From an uncultured Candidatus Micrarchaeota archaeon (GTDB taxonomy: Archaea > Micrarchaeota > Micrarchaeia > Anstonellales > Bilamarchaeaceae), in NCBI GenBank assembly GCA_903835385.1, contig CAILMQ010000013.1, forward strand, positions 2,687 through 66,686: a DNA stretch of 64,000 nucleotides, given 5' to 3'. Positions 10,823 to 19,966 of the stretch are shown in pieces. Below the pieces are notes generated by a model that searched no databases, had not been told where the DNA came from, and was given only the letters and a program-made list of their open reading frames with translations. The first letter of the stretch is position 1. Every line of letters begins with the position of its first letter. Position numbers and translations under genes: made by a program.

Positions 10823-12607
10823 TTGGTGGGAACCACGATGAAAAACAACATAAAATCAGCGGTCGGGCTGACATCCTACTTCTTCTCATTGCCTCCCGCG
10901 CACGTGGTCGTGCTCGCCATGCTCGTCATCGCGTGCCTGTTCGGCCTGGCGCTCAATTTCTGGAAATACTCCGGAATCGACCTGCTACGGCAGGGCGCCA
11001 TGGACGGCGCCATTCTTCTCGCCATGCCCGCGCTCCTCACGTGCGCCGTGATAAAGCTCATGATACGCAAGATGCCGTTCCGCAGGATTGCGGCCGTTGC
11101 CCTGGCAGGGGAGGCGATATACGGGCTTGCCTACATGGGCAGCTTTCTGCTGGTCGGCGTGAACGCCCTGATGTCCGAGCTCATCCTGCTCCTGGGGGCG
11201 GCGCTGGTGTTCATACTCTGGTACGCCATAGCCAGGCTGGTATTCATACTCAAGTACCGCTCCGTCCTGTTCGCCATAATCCAGCTCCTGTTCTACCTGG
11301 TGTTCCTGGCCAACAGCCACATATTCGTGTTCGGAACCGACTCCCTCGCCTACGTCGCGAAATTCTACATGGCCTCCTTCGTGCTCTTCGGGGCGCTCTA
11401 CATATTCTTCCTCATCATCAACGCGCCCATGAAAAAAAGCTTCGGCTTCAGCTCCACGGACGCATTCACGTTCTTCATAAGCCAGTGGCTGTACCACAAC
11501 AAGGACCTGGAGAAAGCACTGGAAAGCGTGGGCGCCAGGGTAAGGACGCTCGTCACCGTGATGGGCTTCCAGAGGGAGAAGGGGAATGTCTACTTCGCCA
11601 CCCCCCTCGTGCACTTCGGGCCGTTCGGCAATCTGGGGGGGAGCGAATTCTCCTACCTCATAGCCGACGGGCTGGAGAAGAAGCACGGCGGGAAAGCGTT
11701 CGTCTTCCATGGCACCGTGACACACGACCTCAACCCGGTCTCCGCTTCCCAGCTGGACAGCATCCTTTCGGCATGCGACGGATGCATCGCGGAAACCCCC
11801 TTCCGCGACGCCCGGGTCTCGCTCCTGAAAGGGAAGGAAGCCGAATGCAGGGCCGAAGGGTTCAGGATCAACGACTCCGCGTTCATCGGGCTGAGCAGGG
11901 CGCCATACGTCACGGAGGACATAAACTTCGGCCTCGGGCTATCCCTGATGAAGGAGGCGGAGAAGAGGGCGGAGGTCGCCATGGTGGTGGACCAGCACAA
12001 CGCCGAGACCGGCGACATAACGAGCTTCGAGCCTGGCGACATTGTCGGCTACAACTACATGAAGGCGGTGGAGAACGCGCTTGCGAAGGACGCCAAAAAA
12101 GGGAACGCGCTGAAAATCGGGGTGTCCTGCCGCTCCTTCGATTCCAGCCACGTGGGAAAGGCCGGGATAAAAATCGCGGTCCTGTCCTCCTCCCCGGAAT
12201 ACGTCCTCGTGCTCATTGACTCCAACGGCGTCACGCCGGAATACCGCGATACTATAGAGGCTAAAGTCAAAGAGGTTGGCAGGAAGCTCGGCAGGGACTG
12301 GGAGGTGGGCATCTGCACCACTGACACGCACCAGACCAACGTGGTGCGCGGAGTGCTCAACCCCCTCAAGGAGGAGGACCACATGATGGCCGAGATAGCC
12401 TCCGGCGTGGAGGAGGCTGCAAAGGACATGGCTTCGGCGAAGTTCTTCGCAGCGAAGAGATGGTTCGACGTTGACGTCATCGGCGCGAAGCAGTCAATCG
12501 AGATAGTGTCCACAGTAAATTCAATCGTCGCGGTCGCCAAGATAACGCTTCCCCTCATCCTGATAGGCGCGATGCTGCTCCTGCTGGCGATACTGACGAA
12601 AATATGA
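10823..12607 (+). CDS. large polytopic membrane protein (DUF2070-like archaeal family)
   Basis: 594 aa. N-terminal multi-TM block, a soluble domain, and a terminal TM segment. The family assignment is from memory and not certain. Confidence 0.5.
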   Translation: MVGTTMKNNIKSAVGLTSYFFSLPPAHVVVLAMLVIACLFGLALNFWKYSGIDLLRQGAMDGAILLAMPALLTCAVIKLMIRKMPFRRIAAVALAGEAIYGLAYMGSFLLVGVNALMSELILLLGAALVFILWYAIARLVFILKYRSVLFAIIQLLFYLVFLANSHIFVFGTDSLAYVAKFYMASFVLFGALYIFFLIINAPMKKSFGFSSTDAFTFFISQWLYHNKDLEKALESVGARVRTLVTVMGFQREKGNVYFATPLVHFGPFGNLGGSEFSYLIADGLEKKHGGKAFVFHGTVTHDLNPVSASQLDSILSACDGCIAETPFRDARVSLLKGKEAECRAEGFRINDSAFIGLSRAPYVTEDINFGLGLSLMKEAEKRAEVAMVVDQHNAETGDITSFEPGDIVGYNYMKAVENALAKDAKKGNALKIGVSCRSFDSSHVGKAGIKIAVLSSSPEYVLVLIDSNGVTPEYRDTIEAKVKEVGRKLGRDWEVGICTTDTHQTNVVRGVLNPLKEEDHMMAEIASGVEEAAKDMASAKFFAAKRWFDVDVIGAKQSIEIVSTVNSIVAVAKITLPLILIGAMLLLLAILTKI

Positions 12608-12617
12608 CGATGGGGAA

Positions 12618-13337
12618 TCAGCGCTTTCCAGAACGTTTGGTTATTTTCCGATTGAAGTCCCAGTTCCCATTCAGATGGTACACTTCCTCTTCTATGCGTT
12701 CCCTGCATCTGCCGCAGAAATCCAGCATCGGCTTCACGACAAAGTCGGCGAGGTCGGCAATGCTGAAATATTCCTGCATCAGGCAGGCGCGGTCCGTGCA
12801 TTCCATGAAGCCCTTCCCGGGCCCGCGATAAGTGTCAATGAGCACATGCCCGATGGTGTTGCGGACGAGCATTTCCACGGTGCGCTCGGCAAGTTCCGCT
12901 TCCACGCGATACTCTCCCCCCACCATGTCGAATCCGAATGCCTCGCGCACCCCTGCCACGGTGACGATCGCGCCGCTCCGGAACCTGCTCCTGCCTGGTA
13001 TCTCCTGCTGCGCCCCGTTACCGGAATCGTCGAGTAAAAATATCCGTTTGCCAATCAGGACGATTCCGGCGACTCCGGCCCTTTCCTCTGCAAGACTGAC
13101 GCTCTCGTCAAACCTTGTTGATAAGAATCCGGGATTTACGTATGCCTGTCCGCTTGAGCCGAGCGCATCCCGGAGTTGCGCGGCCATCTTGACATTTTGA
13201 AACGCCTGCTCGCCCAGCGGCATGGCCTCGGTCCTGATGCCGTATTCCGCGAACCTGTTGATGGCCCTGGTCGCGGCAGCCAGCTCCCCCTTGCCCAGAT
13301 TTCCCTTGTGAATCAGCCTGAATGTGGGTGCAGTCAT
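12618..13337 (-). CDS. amzA: archaemetzincin-like zinc metallopeptidase, paralog 1
   Basis: HVLIDTYRG...C..RACLMQE...FCGRCRERI matches the archaemetzincin signature (HExxHxxxxxH, Cx4CxM, CxxC), here with HTIGHVLI. Parallels Archaeoglobus AmzA (...FCRECASKI). Confidence 0.75.
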   Translation of the reverse strand: MTAPTFRLIHKGNLGKGELAAATRAINRFAEYGIRTEAMPLGEQAFQNVKMAAQLRDALGSSGQAYVNPGFLSTRFDESVSLAEERAGVAGIVLIGKRIFLLDDSGNGAQQEIPGRSRFRSGAIVTVAGVREAFGFDMVGGEYRVEAELAERTVEMLVRNTIGHVLIDTYRGPGKGFMECTDRACLMQEYFSIADLADFVVKPMLDFCGRCRERIEEEVYHLNGNWDFNRKITKRSGKR

Positions 13338-13339
13338 GA

Positions 13340-13380
13340 ACCTATAGTGTTATAGAAATAATATTTAACTGTTTCGCTCG
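13340..13380 (-). promoter_or_regulatory. conserved promoter block upstream of amz paralog 1 (TATA-like TTAAATA about 26 nt from the ATG)
   Basis: cctatagtgttatagaaataatatttaactgtttcgctcgg. The same ~35-nt block precedes all three amz paralogs. Confidence 0.55.
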
Positions 13381-13384
13381 GATT

Positions 13385-14095
13385 TCAATCGTATTCCTCG
13401 GAGTCCCGCCTCAGCGTTTCCACTTCCATCCGTATGCGCCTTGCGCATTCCTTGCAGAAATTCAATCTGGCTTTCACGGCATGCTCCACGAAATGGGCAA
13501 TATCGGATGTCTCCTGCATCAAACACTGAGGGTGGTTGCAGTGCCATTCTTCCCTCAGATTCTCCATGCTCCTGCCATAGCTCTCGATGAGCACGTGCCC
13601 CACCTCGTGGCAGACCGCGAGTTCCACCGCGTCAATAGCGCTCTTCTGGTGCATGGCATATTCACCGGTATCCGGCCTGAAGCCGAAGAACTCGCGCAGC
13701 CCTGACACCGTGACGAACGCGCCGCCCCGGTACCTGCCGGCACCAATCACCTTTTGTTCAGCTTGGTCCCTGGGGCCGTGGACTGATAGGAGTATCGGCT
13801 CGTAGGTCAGGCCTATGCCTATGATGGGGCTGGTCTGCTGCATGACGTCTGCAAATTCGGTGCCGAGCCTCGGCATCAGGAAATTGGCGGAATTTATGCG
13901 CACCGGCCCGTCCGGGCCCAGGGTTTCCAGAAACTGCCTGCCCATCTTGACCTTCCGTACCGCACTCTCCCCCATTGCTATGGCGTCGCAGGTGACACCG
14001 TATCCGCGGAACCTGTTGATGGCGCTGCATGCGGCTTTCACCTCCGCGGGGCTCAGGCCAAGCCTGTGGATGAGCCTGAACATGGGTTCCTTCAT
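13385..14095 (-). CDS. amzA: archaemetzincin-like zinc metallopeptidase, paralog 2
   Basis: HEVGHVLIESYG ... HCNHPQCLMQE ... FCKECARRI. Confidence 0.8.
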   Translation of the reverse strand: MKEPMFRLIHRLGLSPAEVKAACSAINRFRGYGVTCDAIAMGESAVRKVKMGRQFLETLGPDGPVRINSANFLMPRLGTEFADVMQQTSPIIGIGLTYEPILLSVHGPRDQAEQKVIGAGRYRGGAFVTVSGLREFFGFRPDTGEYAMHQKSAIDAVELAVCHEVGHVLIESYGRSMENLREEWHCNHPQCLMQETSDIAHFVEHAVKARLNFCKECARRIRMEVETLRRDSEEYD

Positions 14096-14096
14096 G

Positions 14097-14135
14097 GGTA
14101 TATTGTTATAGAAAGGATATTTAACTGTTCTGCTG
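14097..14135 (-). promoter_or_regulatory. conserved promoter block upstream of amz paralog 2
   Basis: gggtatattgttatagaaaggatatttaactgttctg. Confidence 0.55.
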
Positions 14136-14155
14136 CCCGGAGGTTATGGAAGAAT

Positions 14156-14842
14156 TCAGAATTCCGCCAGCAATCCCAGTTCCGTCTCTATGCGCTGCGT
14201 GCATTCCCTGCAGAAACCCAATCCGGCCTTCACGATGCGCTCTATGAAATCGTCCAACCCGGAGTTCTCCTGCATCAAACAGGAGCGGTACGGGCAGTGC
14301 CCCTGCTCTTTCGGGCTGTCCACGCCCGGGCCATGGCTTTCTATGAGCACATGGCCGGCCTCGTGCAGGACCGCGAGCTCCACTGCAAGCAAGGCGGTTT
14401 GCTCGTCCTTCTCATAACGCATTGTCCTGCTGTTGAAATCGAAGGCCCTGCGCAGCCCTGACACCGTGACAATCGCGCCGCGCTGGAATCTGCTTGTGCC
14501 CAGCACCTCCTGCTGCTCCGTGCCATTTTTGATGACGAATGCCTGTTCATCGGTCAAACCGATGCCTATGGCGCCCAGCCTTTCCGCTATGAACTGGCGG
14601 AATTCCGTGCCTGGCACTACCCTTAGAAATCCAGTGGAATCCAGGCGCAACGGGCCGTTGGAACGCAGGGCATCCAGGAACTGCCCGCCCATCCTGACAT
14701 TTTGTATTGTTTCCTCGTCGATTGCCCGGACATCGTATCTGACCTTGTATCTCGCGAACCTGTCCATGGCACGGGATGCGGCTGCCATCTCCAAATGGGC
14801 GAGTCCTGGCCCGCAGAGAATCCTGAACATGGGTCCTTTCAT
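14156..14842 (-). CDS. amzA: archaemetzincin-like zinc metallopeptidase, paralog 3
   Basis: HEAGHVLIESHG ... HCPYRSCLMQE ... FCRECTQRI. The motif is HExxHx5H, Cx4CxM, then CxxC about 20 residues later. Confidence 0.8.
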   Translation of the reverse strand: MKGPMFRILCGPGLAHLEMAAASRAMDRFARYKVRYDVRAIDEETIQNVRMGGQFLDALRSNGPLRLDSTGFLRVVPGTEFRQFIAERLGAIGIGLTDEQAFVIKNGTEQQEVLGTSRFQRGAIVTVSGLRRAFDFNSRTMRYEKDEQTALLAVELAVLHEAGHVLIESHGPGVDSPKEQGHCPYRSCLMQENSGLDDFIERIVKAGLGFCRECTQRIETELGLLAEF

Positions 14843-14844
14843 AA

Positions 14845-14885
14845 GTATATTGTTATAGAAAGGGTATTTAACTGTTCCGTTACCG
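14845..14885 (-). promoter_or_regulatory. conserved promoter block upstream of amz paralog 3
   Basis: agtatattgttatagaaagggtatttaactgttccg. Confidence 0.55.
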
Positions 14886-14900
14886 GGCGCTTATGGGAGA

Positions 14901-15743
14901 TTACGCCCCGACCATCATCCTGAGCACGTCCCGCATTCCCGGGGCGAAGCCCATTATCATGAGGACGAGCGCGACGTATCGCTTGTCATCTGCGCTCATG
15001 TCCTCCTTCATGACGAAGTAGGCGGCCGCGAACGACACCAGCACCTTGACCAGGTAGAACGTGAAATACGTCCCTCCGAGCGTGCCGATGCCGGACGCGA
15101 GGACGTGCTGCTCCCCGTATTGTATGCCGCTTATCCTGGAGAATATGTCTATGACGAAGAACGTGGCAGCGCCGTCAAGGGCATGGCCGGCGACAATGCC
15201 GGTTATGACTTTGTCCTTGAAATAAACGTAGGCGATTGCTGCCGGAACGGCGGCCAGCAGGACGACCGGGACCGCATACAGGGCATACTGCATGAACGGG
15301 AGCAGCAGCAGGAAATGCGGGAGCCAGAGCGCTGCGCCCACAAGCCAGAGCCATTCCATTTTCTTCATGCTATAGAGCGCCGCCATGGAGATGAAGAGCA
15401 GCGCCGCGGTGACTATGTATATTCCGGGCGAGGCGGTGAGGAAGCCGTAATCGTAGATATGGGAATTGAGCACCAGCGAATGGAGGGGGCTTACCGGCTT
15501 GAACACCCCGCTGTCAATGGCATCCGTGACCACGCGCACGGTAGAGCCGAAAAGCACGAAGCTCAGGACGCCGCAAACGAAGCGCCCGTTGAACTCGATT
15601 TTCGTTTTCAGGTAGCGGTAGAGCAGATAGACCGCCGCTATTGCGATGATGGCGTAGGTTACGGTATTCACGACGTTGTATCCTTCGTGCGAGCGCAGCG
15701 GCTCGAGATAATAATCATTAATAAAGCTATCCAGTGTAGGCAT
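14901..15743 (-). CDS. polytopic membrane protein (DUF63-like archaeal family)
   Basis: Start chosen at MPTLDSFINDYYLEP. The ORF-track N-terminal extension to 16121 is Arg/Pro-rich and overlaps the rpr2 gene. Multi-TM protein. Confidence 0.5.
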   Translation of the reverse strand: MPTLDSFINDYYLEPLRSHEGYNVVNTVTYAIIAIAAVYLLYRYLKTKIEFNGRFVCGVLSFVLFGSTVRVVTDAIDSGVFKPVSPLHSLVLNSHIYDYGFLTASPGIYIVTAALLFISMAALYSMKKMEWLWLVGAALWLPHFLLLLPFMQYALYAVPVVLLAAVPAAIAYVYFKDKVITGIVAGHALDGAATFFVIDIFSRISGIQYGEQHVLASGIGTLGGTYFTFYLVKVLVSFAAAYFVMKEDMSADDKRYVALVLMIMGFAPGMRDVLRMMVGA

Positions 15744-15746
15744 CAC

Positions 15747-16049
15747 ATGGTTGATGGCCGGAAAAAGCTTATAAAATCCAGCGTCAGGCAGTCCATAGCG
15801 AAGCTGATGGGCGAGGCCGAGGCTGCCCGGGCCGCCGGCAGGCCGGAGCGCGCCAGACGATACGCGAAAATGATAATGGATCTCGTCAGGAAGCACAAGG
15901 TCCGCCTCACCGAGGAGCAGAAGCGCGGGTTCTGCAGGAAGTGCTTCACCTGGTGGGTGCCGGGTGACACCGTGAAGCTGGCCTTCGACAAGCGCCACAA
16001 CGTCATCCGCATGAAGTGCGCGAAATGCGGCTATACGAGACGGCTCTGA
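15747..16049 (+). CDS. rnp4: RNase P protein component 4 (Rpr2/Rpp21)
   Basis: About 100 aa: MVDGRKKLIKSSVRQSIAKLMGEAEAA...RLTEEQKRGFCRKCFTWWVPGDT...KCAKCGY. Basic helical N-terminus plus a CxxC...CxxC zinc ribbon typical of Rpr2. This is the C-terminal part of ORF 15105..16049. Confidence 0.7.
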   Translation: MVDGRKKLIKSSVRQSIAKLMGEAEAARAAGRPERARRYAKMIMDLVRKHKVRLTEEQKRGFCRKCFTWWVPGDTVKLAFDKRHNVIRMKCAKCGYTRRL

Positions 16050-16240
16050 GGCGCGCGAACGTCGCCTGTGAAAAAAAAAACAAAAACGGGCGCGCGGGCA
16101 TCGCCCGTGAAAAAAAACCACGACGAGCGCTCGAACGGGCCTCGAGGCCCGCGTTCGTTGTGAACATTCGAAATGTTTGTTCGCTGCAGTGGCGTGCCCG
16201 AACTAATCATTTTAATATCTTGCTCCGCAATCCCTTATTC

Positions 16241-17224
16241 ATGTTCTACGAGCTGGCAAAGCCAGATGTCTCCGAAGTCGAGAAGTACATAGCTTCGGTG
16301 CTGGAGCCCGAGCAGAAGGAGGTGTACGGCATGCTCCTTCCCTATATAATGCGGGGCGGGAAGCGCATGAGGCCCATGCTCGCAATCCTCTGCTGCCGGG
16401 CCGCCGGAGGGGACCCGAAGCTGGTGATCAAGCCGGCCGGCATAATAGAGATGTTCCACAACTTCAGCCTCATCCACGACGACATAGCGGACAGCTCGCA
16501 GTTCCGGCGCGGCGAGCCGGCGCTCCACATGAGCCACGGCACGCCCATAGCGCTGAATTCCGGGGACGCACTCTACACCCTGCTCCTCAAGGAGCTGGTC
16601 GGCCTGGACATGCCACGGGCGAAGCACGTCGAGCTCCAGAAGAGGTACATCGGGACGTTCAAGCAGGTGGTGGAGGGCCAGGGGGCCGAGCTCGCCTGGG
16701 AGCGGGCGGGCCGGTTCGACATAAGCGAGGGGGAGTATCTCGCCATGATCGATGGCAAGACGTCCGCGCTCATCGGGCTGTCCTGCGAAATGGGCGGGTA
16801 CCTGTGCGGCGCGCGCAGGCGGCTGTGCTCCCGCCTGGCCAGGTTCGGCCATAAAATCGGCGCCGCGTTCCAGATACACGACGACATCCTCAATGTCACG
16901 GGAACGTTCGAGAAATACCAGAAGGAAATAGGCGGAGACGTCACCGAGGGCAAGCGGACGCTTATGGTCATCCACTGCCTGAAGCATTGCGATGCGGGGG
17001 AAAGGGAGAGGGTCACGGGCATTCTCGGAAGCCACAGCACCAGGAAGGAGGACATAAGCTATGTCATCTCCGTGTTCCAGAAATACGGCTCGGTGAAATA
17101 CGCGCGTGAGCTGGCCGCGAAGCTCGTGGCGGAGGCCAGGGCAGAGGCATCGAAGCTGGACGACTCCGAAGCCAGGCGGGCCCTGCTGGCGCTCTGTGAC
17201 TACGTGATATCGAGGGAGACCTGA
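16241..17224 (+). CDS. idsA: geranylgeranyl diphosphate synthase (trans-polyprenyl synthetase)
   Basis: Two DDxxD motifs (LIHDDIAD, FQIHDDILN). Start at MFYELAKPD. The upstream ORF-track extension is spurious. Confidence 0.85.
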   Translation: MFYELAKPDVSEVEKYIASVLEPEQKEVYGMLLPYIMRGGKRMRPMLAILCCRAAGGDPKLVIKPAGIIEMFHNFSLIHDDIADSSQFRRGEPALHMSHGTPIALNSGDALYTLLLKELVGLDMPRAKHVELQKRYIGTFKQVVEGQGAELAWERAGRFDISEGEYLAMIDGKTSALIGLSCEMGGYLCGARRRLCSRLARFGHKIGAAFQIHDDILNVTGTFEKYQKEIGGDVTEGKRTLMVIHCLKHCDAGERERVTGILGSHSTRKEDISYVISVFQKYGSVKYARELAAKLVAEARAEASKLDDSEARRALLALCDYVISRET

Positions 17225-17261
17225 CCAAAGGTTTAAATATTTGCCCCGATAATTCCACCTC

Positions 17262-19382
17262 ATGAGATCCCCCGTGTATGTCGTCCTGCTTGTTTTGTTA
17301 GCCTCAGGGGCGGCCCTGTCCTTCCGGGCGGAGGACTACCTCTATGCGAACGAGAGCGGGGCGGGCGTCACCTACTCCAACTTCATGCAGGACGGGGGCA
17401 ACTATTCCCTGGTGAAGATAAACGGCAACGGGGCGTTCCTGCTGCTCAACGGAGCACCGCTCCAGGACCAGGCGAAGATGACCCAGGTCCTCCACGATTA
17501 CTACGTGCAGACGTACTTTCCGACCACGGCCGAGATAAGCCAGATCAGGGATTACCTGGTGAAATACAACGACAGCAAGAACAACGGGGAGATGGTCTCC
17601 ATGCGTGGCAAGGAGGACAACGCCTGCAGGTACAACACGTTCATAGACGGCCACATCAGGATAGGCAACGGCTCCGTGCATTGCTCGGATAATGCGAGCT
17701 GTAATATCGCCGCAGCCCTGCTCTACAGCGCGTATAATGAAGCTTTCGGATGGGGCTCCCCGACACAGGTGCTCGAGCCGATAAAGACCTACGCATTCGC
17801 GACCTACGGCTCGGAAGCGCTCATTGCCCAGGACTTCGCAGCATTGGATTCCATTAACGAGGATAACGTGTACAGCAACCTCAAATCAGTCCAGGATTCC
17901 ATAGCTCCGCTGCGCCAGGACGAATCCGACATAGAAACCAGCGTATTCCGCTTCCCGAGGCTCGACGACCCAGACGATGTGGAAGCATGCAGAGGGGTGT
18001 GCTACGGCCTGTGCCCCCCGTTAAACTTCGACTCCACGCAGCTTGACGGCCTGGATTCCAGCCTCGTTGCAATCATCTCCAAGGTCACCCCGCTGGCCTC
18101 CCAGGCCACGACCGGAGCCGCCATCTATGCCAGCACAGTTGCAAGGCTGGAAAAGCATGCCGAGGAAATGAACGCGTCCCACTACTCCGCCATATACAAC
18201 CCGCTGGCCACCAGCGCCGCGGCAACAATAGCATCCGCCGAATCCACCACCTCGCTCATAAAGAACAGTTCGCTCCAGGCGAACCTCTCCGCGCTCCAGG
18301 ACCTGCACAGCGGCATAAACGCCAGCATAAACAGCAGGAACTTCAACACCCTGGACAGGGACCTTGCCCTCTACAGGGCGCTCATCCCGGTGGTGAACAA
18401 CCTTTCCAATGCCACCTTTGCCGTGTACAATGCAAGCATGGACGCCAAGAACCGCGCAGATTCCATAGCCTTCATCCTGGATGCGACGGACCTGGACCCG
18501 CTCGCAAGGGCGGACGCCGACCGGCTGAAGAACAGGACCAGCATGCTCGACGCCAGGTTCTCGAAAGGGCTTGCGGAGCAGGCATACCTGAACCTGACCA
18601 GGAACTATACGGACATCTCCTCGCAGAGCGAGGCGCTCCTCAGGCAAACCCGCGAGAACCCCGGCTCCATGCTCCTGCTCAGCTTCAGGAGTTTCGCGCT
18701 CAAGATAAACCAGGGGCTCGCCGGCACCATAGAATCCGCCAAGCTCATGCCCCTCAACCAGGTGCCGCAGAACAAGATGCAGACGTTCGGCCTGTTTTCG
18801 CTGGCAACGTTCCTCTCGCTCGGCTCCATGTGCCTGCTGGTGTTCCTCTCAATCCTGGTCCTGAGGCAGTTCACCGCCAGGTCGTCGAGATACGCGCTGC
18901 TCGTGCTGTTCCTGCTATCCGTGCTTTCGGTGTCCACCTTCGCGGCCTTCATGTACATATACCTGGACAAGACGTCGAGCCACGCGGACGTGGGGGAATT
19001 CCTGGCGGATATGAAGGCGAGGAACAGCAGCGTGGTGCTGATAGACACCCAGAACGCGTCCCCGCTGGCCGCGGGGCCCATGGCGTCCTGCGGCGATTCC
19101 ATAGCCCGGACCCTGCTTGCGGAAAACAAGACCGTGACCCTGCTTTCGCTCGGGCCGTCCGGCTGCACCCGGCAGTCGGGCCCAGGCTCCGCCGCCTCCG
19201 TCAATGTGACCAAGGAATGGTGCATTGACAGCCTCAACAACGCGTCCAGCGCCATCCTGCTGAACTACTCGGCATATTCGGAAGTCTCGCGGTTCACGGT
19301 GATTTACCAGAACCGCGCGGACATAGAGGCTGGCGTCCCCTACTACAGCTCATGCCCGCTCCCCTCGCTGCTCGGCAAGTGA
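17262..19382 (+). CDS. large secreted/surface protein rich in N-glycosylation sequons, with two C-proximal TM segments
   Basis: Signal peptide MRSPVYVVLLVLLASGAALS, more than 25 N-x-S/T sequons, and a TM pair near residues 505-565. No known catalytic motif. Confidence 0.55.
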   Translation: MRSPVYVVLLVLLASGAALSFRAEDYLYANESGAGVTYSNFMQDGGNYSLVKINGNGAFLLLNGAPLQDQAKMTQVLHDYYVQTYFPTTAEISQIRDYLVKYNDSKNNGEMVSMRGKEDNACRYNTFIDGHIRIGNGSVHCSDNASCNIAAALLYSAYNEAFGWGSPTQVLEPIKTYAFATYGSEALIAQDFAALDSINEDNVYSNLKSVQDSIAPLRQDESDIETSVFRFPRLDDPDDVEACRGVCYGLCPPLNFDSTQLDGLDSSLVAIISKVTPLASQATTGAAIYASTVARLEKHAEEMNASHYSAIYNPLATSAAATIASAESTTSLIKNSSLQANLSALQDLHSGINASINSRNFNTLDRDLALYRALIPVVNNLSNATFAVYNASMDAKNRADSIAFILDATDLDPLARADADRLKNRTSMLDARFSKGLAEQAYLNLTRNYTDISSQSEALLRQTRENPGSMLLLSFRSFALKINQGLAGTIESAKLMPLNQVPQNKMQTFGLFSLATFLSLGSMCLLVFLSILVLRQFTARSSRYALLVLFLLSVLSVSTFAAFMYIYLDKTSSHADVGEFLADMKARNSSVVLIDTQNASPLAAGPMASCGDSIARTLLAENKTVTLLSLGPSGCTRQSGPGSAASVNVTKEWCIDSLNNASSAILLNYSAYSEVSRFTVIYQNRADIEAGVPYYSSCPLPSLLGK

Positions 19383-19387
19383 GTCCT

Positions 19388-19936
19388 ATGGCAAAACCCG
19401 CTGATAAAGGCAAAACCGCAGCCGCCGGGCCCGGACAGGGGCAGGGCCAAAAACAGGCGGCAATGCCCGTGGAGAAGATCAAAATCGCGGCAACAATAGT
19501 CATCGCGCTGGTTGCGCTCGCCATGGCGTACTATTTCCTCAACCCGCAGCAGGCCATTCCGTCCCCTGCACTCGGCAACCAAATCAACATGCAGACCTTC
19601 GCCTCCGTGCTTTCAAGCGCCCCGTCCGTTTACGTGGTCATGGATGTCCGGAACGCGGACGGGCCGGTCAAGCAGAACATCATCCGCTGCGGCGTGGATT
19701 TCGCGGGAAGCATGGGCCTCGGGAACAAGAACAAGACATTCTATTCGCTGGACAAGGGGGAGAGCTGCATCACCGAGAACGGCACCTATTCCAGTTCCTG
19801 GTGCTTCGGCCAGATGGAAAACGGCGTGAGCATAATAATCCAGCCGGGCGATTCCAGCGGCTATTACGCGAATGCCATGGTGGTGGGCATGGGCGAGAAC
19901 TATACTGAAGGGGAATGTTCTGTCAATCTGAAATAG
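19388..19936 (+). CDS. small membrane-anchored protein co-transcribed with the surface protein
   Basis: Start at MAKPADKGK directly after the upstream stop. Single N-terminal TM (IAATIVIALVALAMAYYF), then an extracytoplasmic domain with Cys pairs. Confidence 0.45.
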   Translation: MAKPADKGKTAAAGPGQGQGQKQAAMPVEKIKIAATIVIALVALAMAYYFLNPQQAIPSPALGNQINMQTFASVLSSAPSVYVVMDVRNADGPVKQNIIRCGVDFAGSMGLGNKNKTFYSLDKGESCITENGTYSSSWCFGQMENGVSIIIQPGDSSGYYANAMVVGMGENYTEGECSVNLK

Positions 19937-19966
19937 CAACGGCCTTTTTTCCAGCCGCCCCTCCCC

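Noticed and set aside
14901-16121. N-terminal 126 codons of track ORF 14901..16121 and the first ~215 codons of ORF 15105..16049
   Set aside because: These extensions overlap each other on opposite strands and are low-complexity. The true genes are the C-terminal DUF63-like part (from MPTLDSF) and the C-terminal Rpr2 part (from MVDGRKK).
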